A DNA stretch of 64,000 bases from positions 61,070,001 to 61,134,000 of the forward strand of contig OX597818.1 in NCBI GenBank assembly GCA_951406725.2, read 5' to 3'. Shown piece after piece: positions 25,419-36,954 of this stretch. A program made the position numbers and the translations under genes. Below the pieces are notes generated by a model. The model saw nothing but the letters and a program-made list of their open reading frames with translations. It had not been told where the DNA came from and did no database searches. Origin of the DNA: Octopus vulgaris. Taxonomy: Eukaryota. Positions within the stretch are counted from its first letter, which is position 1, and the number at the start of each line of letters is the position of its first letter.

Positions 25419-25592
25419 TTAGGTCACTGCCAGGAACTGAATTTGTAATCTTGGGGAATCCTGCACTTTTAACCATTACGCCAGGTTCAAAATTTCCCCA
25501 AGACATCTGATGAAGGCTGGAGGGTATATCTGCTGAAATGTTGTGTTAACAACAAAGAAGATGAGGACAAATATCAGTTAAATGTAAATAAT
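25245..25592 (-). mobile_element. tRNA-headed, hammerhead-motif-bearing SINE-like element with an inverted partial copy (Penelope-like architecture)
   Basis: ~112-bp inverted arms (25245-25356 and 25481-25592), each with GACAT-CTGATGA-A-G(G/C)CTG..C(A/T)GC(C/T)-GAAA(C/T)GTT. Between them a minus-strand tRNA-like head TGGCGTAATGGTTAA and an (AAT)n tract. Confidence 0.72.
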
Positions 25593-25771
25593 TTTTTCCT
25601 AGATTTAAAAAATTTATAGCTCCAAGATAGAATCAAGTCAATTTGAAATGGATTTAAGGTAAAGAAATGAGTTTTGCAATAACAACTTAAACTTTAAATT
25701 GTTCATTGCTTGTATATCTATTCAAAAGGTGGTGCCCCACCTTTTGTGTAGATGTACACGCACTAAACAAT

Positions 25772-26253
25772 TTAACCCTTTTGTTACTGTATTTCTGTTG
25801 AGATGCTCTGTGTTTCTTTCAATTACTTTGAAATACAACAAAGAATTTATTAAAATAACTTAGTTATTAAAATAATTAAAATAATTATTAAAATAATTCA
25901 GCTAGTGTTAGGAACATAAATTGTGACTAAGGTTCGGTAGAAGATTTTAATTCAGTAATTATGGAAACAAGACATTTGTACTAGTCAGAGCCAGTACCGG
26001 TTTCAGTCAGGTTGGTATCGAAAGGGTTAAGAATGGTTTCTCTATTATATATTTTAACCCTTTTGTTACAATATTTCTGTTGAGATGCTCTGAGTTTCTT
26101 TCAATTAGTAAAATAACTTAGTTATCATTAAGCTAGAGTTAGGAACATAAATTGTGATTAAGGTTTGGTGGAAGATTTTAATTCAAAACTTATGAAAACA
26201 AGACATTTGTACTACAGTGCCAGAGGTGGTTTCAGCTGGGTTAGTATCAAAAG
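25772..26253. mobile_element. piggyBac-type MITE, tandem dimer
   Basis: TTAA-CCCTTTTGTTAC ... GGTATCGAAAGGG-TTAA, a ~23-bp spacer, then a second unit starting TTAACCCTTTTGTTAC. Confidence 0.85.
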
Positions 26254-27382
26254 ACCTCGATGTGATTATTTAATCAGCTAAAAATAGCAGTCAAGAGGTA
26301 GAATATATTGGATTATGTAATCTTTCAGATGGAATGGTCAGGACTGGAATGCCTTTCCATTCAACAATGATCATGAATTAAACTCTACCATCTTACAATA
26401 AAGACACATTGCACAGTGTGGTCCTCATCTACTGAGTCTGGAAAAAAAAGAGAAATCCCTGAGATATGCATTTGAACGTGGGTTAGCCTCATCAGTGATG
26501 ACTATATCCTAAATTACAACAATCACCCATTGCAACCACATCCTCTGCACTACTTCACCTCTACAGTTTTTCTCTAAAACTACCATGCCAAATATTGTAT
26601 ACAATCCTCCGTTACAAGAGGCACTATGGAATTCCCAGCTATTTCAGCAATACATATTAATCTCTCAGTGCCTTTTCTCCCCAGATATGTAGATGGAAAA
26701 ATAAATCATGTCAACATTATTCATTGAATCTGTGTTAAGCAAGTTAATGTTTTGCTATCCATATAAATTACAAACGATGTAATAATAAACAACGAAGATA
26801 AATGTTTATCAATTTTCAAACTTACAATAAAAAAAAAACAATGGCTTAATTTTAAATGGTGGGAGTTTGAAGGAGAGGAAGAAAAAAAAAGCCTTGATGA
26901 GCCAACCTTAATCTTAAAATTATTTATTGAATATATTAATTTTCTTCTTTGCAAAAAAATAAAATTGTTATATCAATAATAATAATGTAAGATTAATAGG
27001 GAACCTGCTTAAGTGGACTCAACAACTGAAAGAAATATCACCTAAAAATGTTCATAAAATGTAAATTGTAAGAGGAATAAAGAAAAAAAAGTGAAGTAAA
27101 ATTGATCAGAGGGAGATAAAGAATCTGATTTTATTTTTTTACAATATATTTATATATATATTGGAAATTATTAATACATTTACAGCTACAAAACAAAGGC
27201 AAGTATCAACTCATGCGATATTCATGTAAGTTTATACTCACTCACACTTCCACACACATACTTGTGAGCATGTGTATATATATATATATATATATACACG
27301 TATGCATACAAGTACAGTTACATACATATGTGTACAAATGCTCATTTGTACACACATACGAGCATGATATATTGACATTGCT

Positions 27383-27421
<39 letters not shown>

Positions 27422-29614
27422 TGTTATCACCGTGCCACAGCCAATTGCCTCATCATCCAATAACTTCAGGGACTGGTAGATATCTGAGACGAAATCTTCT
27501 TGTGGATGTCATGATCGATAGACAAGGTTAGAGAGGAGCCTCTTTGTTATATCATCAGACTGGCTTTCCTTTATAAGATATAGCGTTAGATTTAAGCAAG
27601 ATTTCCAAACATCAGATGACCCCTCATTGTCAGAGACTCGGTGATATCAATTTTTCTCTTTCCACTCCTACCTTTTATTGATTTCTCCACCTCCAAATTT
27701 TTGATTTGTTTATTGCTGAATATTTTTACCATTTTTGTCCTCCTCAAGAGGCAGCACATTCTTGTTTCCCCTTTCTATAATTAATCTTCAGAGCCAGCAT
27801 AGGCCATTACTTGTCAAGTCAAGCTTTCCAAGATATATCTTTATCAAACAAATATTATTTAGAAGTGACTTTCAACTTTTGGACCTCATTTCATCTATAT
27901 TCATTTCTTCTCTATAATTTTTGCCAAATACCTATGAACTTTCAATAGATTTTGAACTTAAACAACAAATAAAAACCACAAAATAAAAATAAATACACAC
28001 ATAAAATAAATAAATACATATTAAAACTTTTATATATTTGTTGTTTCCAAGTGAAATACACCAAAATAAATTGATAAATAACTCCTGGGCTTTTAGGCTA
28101 TATTTCTTCAAGAAAACTTTAATATTATTTCGACGGTTTGTGGGAGGAAGAGCAGCAGAGCTAGAAATACAATGTAAAATTGATTTATTTCAAATAGATT
28201 GGAAATATTTATGCCCAGAGAGTTTTAACGATTTAAATGAAACTAAAACTGTACACTTTACACATGAGTCTGATGATGTCTATAAAATCTAGTGTTCACA
28301 GCCCATAATATGAATGCTTTCAAATAGTGTTAGAAAAAAGAAAAACCATTTCTCTCAGCTGGCTCCAAAGTTTTCATGATATTACAAGTTTTTCATTAAG
28401 TTTTCATGATTGAAAACTGCTGTGAAATTTAGGTCTACCAGCAAAAAAAAATAAAAGAAAAAAGAAAATTTCCTTTTGACAAGAAAGATGTTGAATAATG
28501 ACATAGTGAAGATTTTTTTCCCCCTATCTAGTAGAAATACTTTTTCGTGAACTTTGCCAAGCAAAAATGTAGCTATTTTTCATTTCTTCTGCAAAACGAC
28601 AAACATTACTGCTTCAAACAACATTTGTAAAATGTTTGAGATAGAATGCAAAACTAGATACAAGTTAATGTGAGCATAAAATAATCATGAGTGAGACAGA
28701 GTATACTAAGTTAAACAACAAACTCTTGCTGTTGATCGGTAAAAGTAGTAATGAGGAAAATTTTTAAATAGAATAACAAGTTACATAGTAAATATTATGT
28801 TTTGCAACCAGTAACTGTAAAGAAGATTTGCCCTGACAGTTTATGTAAATGCACAAATTTACAAATAGCACTCAATCCAAATAAACCCAGAAGGCATGTA
28901 AATATATAAAAGGAAAAAAAAACTGATTACATCTAAAATAGCACACAATACAGATCTATAAATACAGAACATAACTCCACCTATATTTATCTTGTTTAGC
29001 AATGACCAAGTGTACAATATCTTCAGCCTGCTGGATAATGAAAGAATTAATTTACACCCTGTATACACCTAAATTATTAAGCACCGTGATATAAGAATAC
29101 TAACTGAAAGTAACAGCTCTGAGCTTTCTTCTCGACAACCTACATTCCAAGAGTGCATTTAATTACATTTACTTAGAAAAAACCACAAACTATAACTTTA
29201 TATCTATGATAGAAATTTTTTTCACATGGTTTAGGTACCATAACGTTTAATAATCCTTTACAGCTTGTCATCAGAAATATTAGAAAAAAAAAGAAATCTT
29301 TCTTTCTTGGTGATCAAAATCAATACCTATAATATATTCAATATATCCCCCTACAAAACACATACAGTATTTACTTCAGTACAATGTGATTTCAAATATC
29401 ACAAGATCCCCCCACATAAACACCATGCACACGTTTTTTTTTTACACCTAAAATTCAGTGATATATTTTATCCTCTTATCTATATTTTACTCCTAAATGT
29501 AATTGCAACCCAGAATTATGACCTCATGTTTGGTATTAAATTTCCTGCAGCACAAATAAATATGGTAAATAATATTAAATTTCTAACAATTTTTGTAACT
29601 TTCAAAGTACTTAC

Positions 29615-29713
29615 GAGAAGTTTTTGCTATGAATTCTTTCCTTTGGTATTGGCTTTCTCCGAGTTTATTGAATGCAAGCATAGTTATTTCATATTCTTGC
29701 CCTCTTTCTAGAC
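29615..29713 (-). CDS. NPHS1: Nephrin-like receptor exon: C-terminal part of the FN3 domain
   Basis: Acceptor tttttaatag|GT and donor C|gtaagt; 99 bp, phase 1/1. GLERGQEYEITMLAFNKLGESQYQRKEFIAKTS matches the FN3 consensus GL-x-x-x-x-x-Y...A-x-N-x-x-G-x-S. Confidence 0.9.
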
Positions 29714-30885
29714 CTATTAAAAATATTTAGAAAGTTCATAGAATAAATTTATTGGAAAAGAAAAAAAATTTTTAGAAAATAGTTCACTTTGACAAATTCT
29801 GAACAAGAAATAAAAAGAATATTTCGATAAGGAAACAAAGTAACTAAAAAAGAATCAAGAATTCTTTTTAGTTTCAAAATTACTTTTGTACAGTGATAAC
29901 AATGTAATTATAAAATTTCACAGACTATGTTTGAAAATTGCCAACATACATAATCAGCATCATACAAGTTGATAAATTTTTGTGTGTGCTTCTTTGTAAC
30001 ATTATGGATACCTGCAGCTACTTATGAGAAAATCTGTTCTGAAACTAATTGGTGACATCTATAATTTAAAACACCAAAGCTTAATCAGGTTCTCCAAGGT
30101 TTATTATTTTATTAGAGTTGAATAAGGGAAGTAACTCTAATCATCTTGAAATAGACTCAATACCTTAGATTATTTCTTAGAAATTTATGTTCTGGCCGAT
30201 ATCTAATATAATGTGGCAAGATTTCAATTACATTGGGGGGACACTGACGATTTTCATTGAATACTAATATGACATAGCTATTAATAATGAAAACTATAAC
30301 AATTAACACAAATAGTAGTTTAATTGTGTATTTAGATCTGATAATAAAATATGGCAATTATAATTTGTATGGTTTACACTACCTGAAGGTGTCAAGAAGT
30401 GATAACCATCCCAATTTCAAATAGATTATAATGTTAAACACTTTTGATGGAATGCATCCAAATGCTTTCATTATTGTTTATGATATTTTGGAGCCTTTTA
30501 GTTGTGACTATCTTTAGAAGTTAATGATGGCTCAGGATACCGGTTTAGGCTTTGGCAAGTATTGATCAACTTTCGAGTATAATAAAGCCATCATCACTTT
30601 GGTTTGTCACTTAGGCTTCTAGGGGTGGGGTGGGGGTGGAATGGAAAAGAAATCCATAAATATGAAAGTTAAGAAAGTTAAACAGAACAGAAGTAAGAAT
30701 GTGTGTATGTGTGTGTGTGTGAATAATTATGTGCTGGTGTGGTTAAGAAGCTTGTTTCCAAACCATGTGATCTTGATTTCAAACCAACTGTATGGCACCT
30801 TAGGCAAGTGTCTTCTACTGTAGCCATTAGAAAAAAAAAAAAAAAAAAGCCTTGTGAGTGTATTTGGTAGACAGAAACTAAAGAA

Positions 30886-31300
30886 GGCGGTAACCTGGCA
30901 GAATCGTTAACACGCCAGGCGAAATGTGTAGCCGTATTTCATCTGCCATTATGTCCTGAGTTCGAATTCCACTAAGGTCGACTTTACTTTTCATCCTTTC
31001 GGGGGTCATTAAATTACGTAGCAGTTACGCACTGGGGTCGATATAATCGACTTAACCTATCTGTCTGTCTCTGTTTGTCTCCTTTATGTTTAGCCCCTTG
31101 TGGGTAGTAAAGAAATAGGTATTTTGTCTGCCGCTATGTTCTGAGTTCAAATTCCGCTGAGGTCAACTGACTTTCATCCTTTTGGGGGTCGAATATTAAG
31201 AACCAGTTATGCACTGGGGTCGATGTAATCGACTTAATCCCTTTGTCTGTCCTTGTTTGTCCCCTCTATGTTTAGCCCCTTGTGGACAATAGAGAAATAA
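30886..31300 (+). mobile_element. SINE family B dimer inserted into an old family A copy
   Basis: Head plus a second unit joined at aaagaaatag|gtattttgtctgcc; flanked by the imperfect duplication agaaacta(ta)aagaag within the family A remnant (~30730-31430). Confidence 0.82.
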
Positions 31301-32110
31301 GAAACTATAAAAGAAGCCTGCCATGCCTATGTGTGTATACATGTATATTTGTGTATCCACTTCTCTTGACATTAAGAGGATGGTTGTAAACAAACATCCC
31401 TGTCATTCAAGCAGTGTAGTTCACTTCCAGTCTTTCATAGAGAAGTTGACATTTGATGATGATGATGATGATGACAATGCATACAGAATAAATGTCACTT
31501 AATTTCAGAAGTATAACAGGAAAATCATTACAGTTGGATGAACTAAGTAGCAAAAGAATATCTTAACAAATGAAGAACAAGCAAGTCTCTAAGAGAACAA
31601 ACCAAAAGGTAACAGAATAGCATAACAATAACTTGAATTTATTACTCTTCTTTTGTTTTTGTTTTTGCCACAGACAAATTTTTAAAAGAAATAAATCTTA
31701 TATAACAAAATCTATACATCTGATTTATTCTCGTCTGTCTAGCCAATAAGCTTTAAATGTTTCCGTTATCAAGATAATATTCAATTTATAAGTTTATATA
31801 CTAATCTATTTATTATCTAGAGATACATATGTTAATATGCAGCATCCAGATTGTATTAAATTGCAAAACACTGAACTGAAATGAAGATGGAACAAACATT
31901 AGCTCATTAACAACTATGTTAATTACCCACACAGCAAACTTTGTATATCATTAAATATCAGTAACTATTATAAATCTTTGGGAATTTTAAGGCTGAAATT
32001 ATCATCATCACCATCATCATCATTTTACATCCCTTGTTTATGTACTTATCAGTTGGATGAGATTGCTCACCGAGATGGGTCAGCGGAACCTCGTATTGCT
32101 TGCATTTCAT

Positions 32111-32278
32111 TGAGTGGCTGTGTGGTAAGTAGCTTGCTTACCAACCACATTGTTCTGGGTTCAGTCCCACTGCATAGCACCTTGGGCAAGTGTCTTCTAC
32201 TATAGCCTCAGGCCGACCAAAGCCTTGAGAGTGGATTTGGTAAATGGAAACTGAAAGAAGCCTGTCATATAAATGTAT

Positions 32279-32312
<34 letters not shown>

Positions 32313-32515
32313 CATCATCATCATCATCGTCGTTTAGCGTCCGTTTTCCATGCTAGCATGGGTTGGACGGTTCTACTGGGGTCTGTGAAGCCAGAAGGCT
32401 TCATCAGGCCCAGTGAAATCTGGCAGTGTTTCTACGGCTGGATGCCCTTCCTAACGCCCTATATATACATATATACATATATACATATATATATATACAT
32501 ACATATATATACATA

Positions 32516-32547
<32 letters not shown>

Positions 32548-32614
32548 CATATATATACATACATATATACATATATATACATACATATATATACATATAT
32601 ATATATATACATAC

Positions 32615-32711
<97 letters not shown>

Positions 32712-32945
32712 CATATATATGTATGTGTGTTTATATGTTTGTGTGCCTGTGTTTGTCTCTTCATCATCGCTTGACAAGCAATGCTGGTGTGTTTACGTCA
32801 CCGTAACTTAGCTGTTCAGCAAAAGAGAGCAGTAGAATAAATACTAGGCTTACAAAGAATAAGTCCTGGGATCGGTTTGCTTGACTAAAGGCAGGTGCTC
32901 GCTCCAGCATGGCCTGTCAAATGACTGAAACGGGTAAAAGAATAG
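32111..32945 (+). mobile_element. SINE family A with nested antisense family C fragment and expanded (TA/CATA)n microsatellite
   Basis: A head at 32111, C fragment at ~32312-32459, compound microsatellite at 32460-32725, A tail to ~32945. Confidence 0.85.
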
Positions 32946-33216
32946 CAGGATGCCCATCTTAACACTAATCTAAGGAATAAGGCTGAATATATCATCATCA
33001 TCTTTTAATGTCTGCTTTCCCTGCTGGCATGGGTAGGACAGTTTTGACAGGGAACTGGGGATCTGCTGGGCTGCCTTCAGTATCAATGTCATCTTTGGTG
33101 TAGTTTCTATGCCTGGGTTCCTTTCTTAACACCAATCAATTAATAGAGTGTACTGGGTACATTTCTTCTGATGCCCACTGGCACTACCAATCTACAGAGT
33201 GTAATGAGTGTCAGAG

Positions 33217-33550
33217 AAGGCGCATGGCTAAGTGGTTAGAGCATCGAGCTTACAATCGTGAGGTTGTGAGTTCGATTCCCGGACTGGGCTGTGTGTTGTG
33301 TTCTTGAGCAAGACACTTTATTCCACGTTTCTCCAGTTCACCCAGCTGTAGAAATGAGTTGCGATATCACAGGTGCCAAGCTGTATCGGCCCCTTTGCTT
33401 TTCCCTTGGATAACATTGGTGGCATGGAGACGGGAGGCCAGTATGCATGGGCGACTCTTGGCCTTCCATAAACAACCTTGCCCGGACTTGTGCCTGGGAG
33501 GGTAACTTTCTAGGTGCATTCGCATGTCAGTCATGACTAAAGGGGATCTC
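33217..33550 (+). mobile_element. tRNA-derived SINE family D
   Basis: gaaggcgcatggctaagtggttagagc...gagttcgattccc...gtgttcttgagcaagacactt; matches the 46241 and 54408 copies. Confidence 0.85.
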
Positions 33551-33684
33551 AGCAACTAAGTACCTCACAGTCACATGATTTCCGAACAGATTTAAAGAAT
33601 ATAAGTTTTGTAGCTCTTTGAAAAATATCTTTAATTTCTTTAATTACATTGAATATAAAGAATTTTGATTCACAGAACAAATAA

Positions 33685-33880
33685 TCTTTTCTATTCTAGG
33701 CACAAGGCCTGAAGTTTTTGAAGGAGGATGCCAGTTGATTACATCGACCCCAGTAAGCAACTGGTACTTAATTTATCAACCCTGAAAGGACAAAAAGCAA
33801 AGCTGACCTCGGTGGAATTTGAACTCAGAACCTTAAAGACAGGCGAAATGCCACTAACCATTTCCACCAGGTCACCGCAT
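33685..33880 (-). mobile_element. Family B-related SINE with a different tail
   Basis: ggcacaaggcctgaa...catcgaccccagt...gaatttgaactcagaac. Confidence 0.75.
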
Positions 33881-33936
33881 TGTTCACAGAACAAATAATG
33901 AAATAGATGTCTTGATACTGTAAAATTTCAACTTAC

Positions 33937-34122
33937 CAGTAAGCAAATAGACATTTGATCCAGGGCCAACATCAACATATTTGTAGTTCGTTGTTCCTTT
34001 TGGTCGATAACGAACCCGAAAGGATTGTGTCATGCCTCCATTGAAACCTGGCTGCCAAGTGAGAGTGAGACTATTGTGTGTGGCATTGACAAACTTTATG
34101 TTGTATGGTGGATCAGGTTTAC
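33937..34122 (-). CDS. NPHS1: Nephrin-like receptor exon: N-terminal part of the fibronectin type III domain
   Basis: Acceptor actcctag|GT and donor G|gtaagt; 186 bp, phase 1/1. SKPDPPYNIKFVNATHNSLTLTWQPGFNGGMTQSFRVRYRPKGTTNYKYVDVGPGSNVYLLT contains the PDPP...W-x-PGF-x-GG-x-x-Q-x-F nephrin FN3 signature. Confidence 0.93.
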
Positions 34123-34859
34123 CTAGGAGTTAATAGAAAGAAACACACAATTTGAAAATGTTGTAATATAATGAGATTATTTTACTGCTATTTAATATAT
34201 TAACAAAATGAAATCATATCAGTTAAAAATGTACTTTAATTTATTTTTTTTTTTTTTAATAAATGAACAGAAAAAGTTGAGAGAGAAATCAATTATTCTC
34301 TAATAGAAAGACTGTACTGAATTATTGATTAAAATCTTGGCTAGCAGCAACAACATTTTTAGCAGATTATCATATAATATCAATACAGTAATGTTATTTT
34401 AGATAAGGCAATTGGCTATAAATATTAATATTACTGTTCGGTAGATGCAGTTTTGGTGGCATCTAGCCACCTTAAATTAATGTATATTTATATTGATTAT
34501 ATTGAAGAACCTCGATGGTTAAATTTGCAAAATATGGAATACACTTATGTGCAATGTTAGTATGGGAAGTGAAAGAGAAAAGAGGAAGGGAAAAAAATTA
34601 GAAACAAAATCACACAAGTGGTTATTAAATTTTGATTTAATTAACAAAAGAAATCTTTTAAAATTTAAACAATAAATAACAACAACAACCATCACTAAAT
34701 GGTGCTACTTCTAAAAGAAATAAAATTTACTACAGTTAATTTGTTTCACTACTAACAAGATGAAATGTAATAAAGGTGCAAAAAGCCAACTTGGTCCGTT
34801 ATTTTTGCAAGGAGCGGCAACACACATCAACAGTGGCAAAAGCAGGCAGTATAACTCAC

Positions 34860-35040
34860 TTGTACCATCCAATAATATCTCTGATTCTGCAGATCCTTCA
34901 ACATTTTTAGCCTTACACAGATATTTGCCATAGTCCTCTTTCGTAACATTGGAAATCTCAAGTAAACTTGTATAGTAAACATCCCCATCTTTTGTGCCTT
35001 TTATGTTGTATTTATCAGAATTTTTCAGTTCAGCACTTCC
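34860..35040 (-). CDS. NPHS1: Nephrin-like receptor exon: C-terminal half of the last Ig domain
   Basis: Acceptor ttttctccaacag|GGA and donor A|gtgagt; 181 bp, phase 0/1, compatible with the previous exon. GSAELKNSDKYNIKGTKDGDVYYTSLLEISNVTKEDYGKYLCKAKNVEGSAESEILLDGT. Confidence 0.92.
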
Positions 35041-35063
35041 CTGTTGGAGAAAAAGAAAATAAC

Positions 35064-35093
<30 letters not shown>

Positions 35094-35095
<2 letters not shown>

Positions 35096-35585
35096 GGTCA
35101 CAGAAGACGAGAAAGCAAACATACTCTGGGATATGCCAATACACACAGATAGAGAAATTAAGGCCAACAGACCAGATATAGTTGTCAGAGATCATGAAGA
35201 AAAAAATGCTTTCTAATTGATGTTTCAATACCGGCAGATGACAACGTGTCTCTAAAAGAAATGGAGAAACTTTCAAAATACAAAGACCTGGAAATAGAGG
35301 TAACCAGAATGTGGAATCTAAAAACAGAAACAATTCCTATCATAGTAGGTGCATTAGGTATGATAAAAAAATATTCAGACAAATACATAACAAAAACACC
35401 AGGACTTACAAATATATATAACATACAGAAAATTGCACTACTAGGCACTGCACACATCCTACGCAGAACACTTTCCATACAATAACCATCAGAGCATCAC
35501 AACAAATCACAGCACATGCCCAAGGCACACAGAGCTGCACTCGGTAGTGAAGTGAAAGCACGCTAAAAAAATAAAACTACTGAAT
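35094..35585 (+). mobile_element. 5'-truncated R4/Dong-type (restriction-like endonuclease) non-LTR retrotransposon inserted in (TAA)n
   Basis: Translates across one frameshift as ILWDMPIHTDREIKANRPDIVV...LIDVSIP...KEMEKLSKYKDLEIEVTRMW...IPIIVGALG...IQKIALLGTAHILRRTL*: RLE motifs RPD...D and K..KY..L. Flanked by (AAT)n on both sides. Confidence 0.85.
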
Positions 35586-35619
35586 AATAATAATAGTAGT
35601 AGTAGAAGTATCAATTATA

Positions 35620-36250
35620 ATGGTTTCAAATTTTGGCCCAATGCCAGGAATTTTGAGGGAGGGTCCTAGATGATTACATCAGCCCCAGAGTGCAACTGGT
35701 ACTTAAATTATCAACTCTGAATAGATGAAAGGCAAAGTCGACCTTGGTGGAATTTGAACTCAGAATGTGCTGAAAGACAAAATGCCTCTCAGCTTTTTGC
35801 CCAGTATGCCAAAGTTTCTACCAGCTCACCACCTTTGTAGCAATAATAATGAGAATAATGGTAATTCTTTCTAATATAGGCACAAGGCCTGAAATTTTGA
35901 AGGAGTGGATGAGTCGATTATACTGACCCTGAAAGGGATGAAAGGCAAAGTTGACCTCAGTGGAATTTGAACTCAGATTATAAAGACAGATAAAATGCCA
36001 CAAACATGCTAATGATTCTGTCAGCTTGACACCTTAACAGAGCAACAACAACAACAGCAGCAATAATAATCATAATTTCTACCATAAATACAAGGCCTGA
36101 AACTTGATAGGGGAGGGTCCAGTTGATTACATCAACCCCAGTACTTAACAGGCACCCTGAAAGGATGAAAGGCAAAGCTGCCTTGAGCAGAATTTGAACT
36201 CAAAGTGTAGAGACAGACGAAATGCAGTTAGACATTTTGTTGAACTTGCT
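35620..36250 (-). mobile_element. Three adjacent family B-related SINE copies
   Basis: Three occurrences of atgaaaggcaaag..gac/gcc..gaatttgaactca (near 35725, 35940 and 36165), separated by short (AAT/CAA)n tails. Confidence 0.75.
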
Positions 36251-36633
36251 GTATAGGTATAAAGTGTCCATTATTTAGCACATTTGTCCAGTATTATATT
36301 GAACCCCCGTAACTGCTGGTCTCCGAGGGATCCTGGAATCAGGAGTAGGTAGATGTAAAGACAAGGTCTAAAGTTTCAATTAGTTCAATATCCAACCTTT
36401 TGTTACGTATTGTTATTTAGTTTTTGTTAAAGTATTTATTGTTATTTCTAAATTTTCATCTTTGTGAATTAATTACCTCATAACAATCACAAAGCTAATC
36501 CGGCAATTTTAACAATGACAGCTGAGATATTGTTAAGCAAGTTTCTCCAATACTGCACCAAAGCTGATTCATTAAAAGTCCAAACGAATGTTTTTTCCAA
36601 ATATGAAGGCCAATAAATCAGTATACTATTATT

Positions 36634-36954
36634 AAAGTCAGAAAACAGCACAGTCCCCATGACTTTCAGAAACATTTTTTCACATTAAGAGTTGCTGAAG
36701 TATGGAACAAACTGCCGGCATCAGTTGTTAGTTGTTGGAGCACTGCATCCTTCAAAACTTCCATGCTTCCTGAGATTCGCCAACACTACACCTGATGTTC
36801 TCCCTCCCATACACACGCAAGCATGTATCTGACTCATACACTGTTCACTTTCCAGACATTTGTACATTAATGCATATGCTTTATACACACTTTTGACAAG
36901 TTGTGGTGCACCTGAGCACTGTATACAATAATTTCCTTATTATTATTATTATTA
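36634..36954 (+). mobile_element. CR1/L2-group LINE 3' end (5'-truncated)
   Basis: KHFFTLRVAEVWNKLPASVVSCWSTASFKTSM matches the CR1 ORF2 C-terminal motif FF..RV...WN.LP..VV...S...FK; followed by a 3' UTR and a (TAT)n tail. Confidence 0.8.

Noticed and set aside
29265-29711. 148-aa plus-strand ORF
   Set aside because: AT-rich with no recognisable domain; it overlaps the real minus-strand FN3 exon in antisense.
32244-32806. Overlapping ORFs rich in Tyr, Ile, His and Thr
   Set aside because: Translations of a (TA/CATA)n microsatellite within a SINE.
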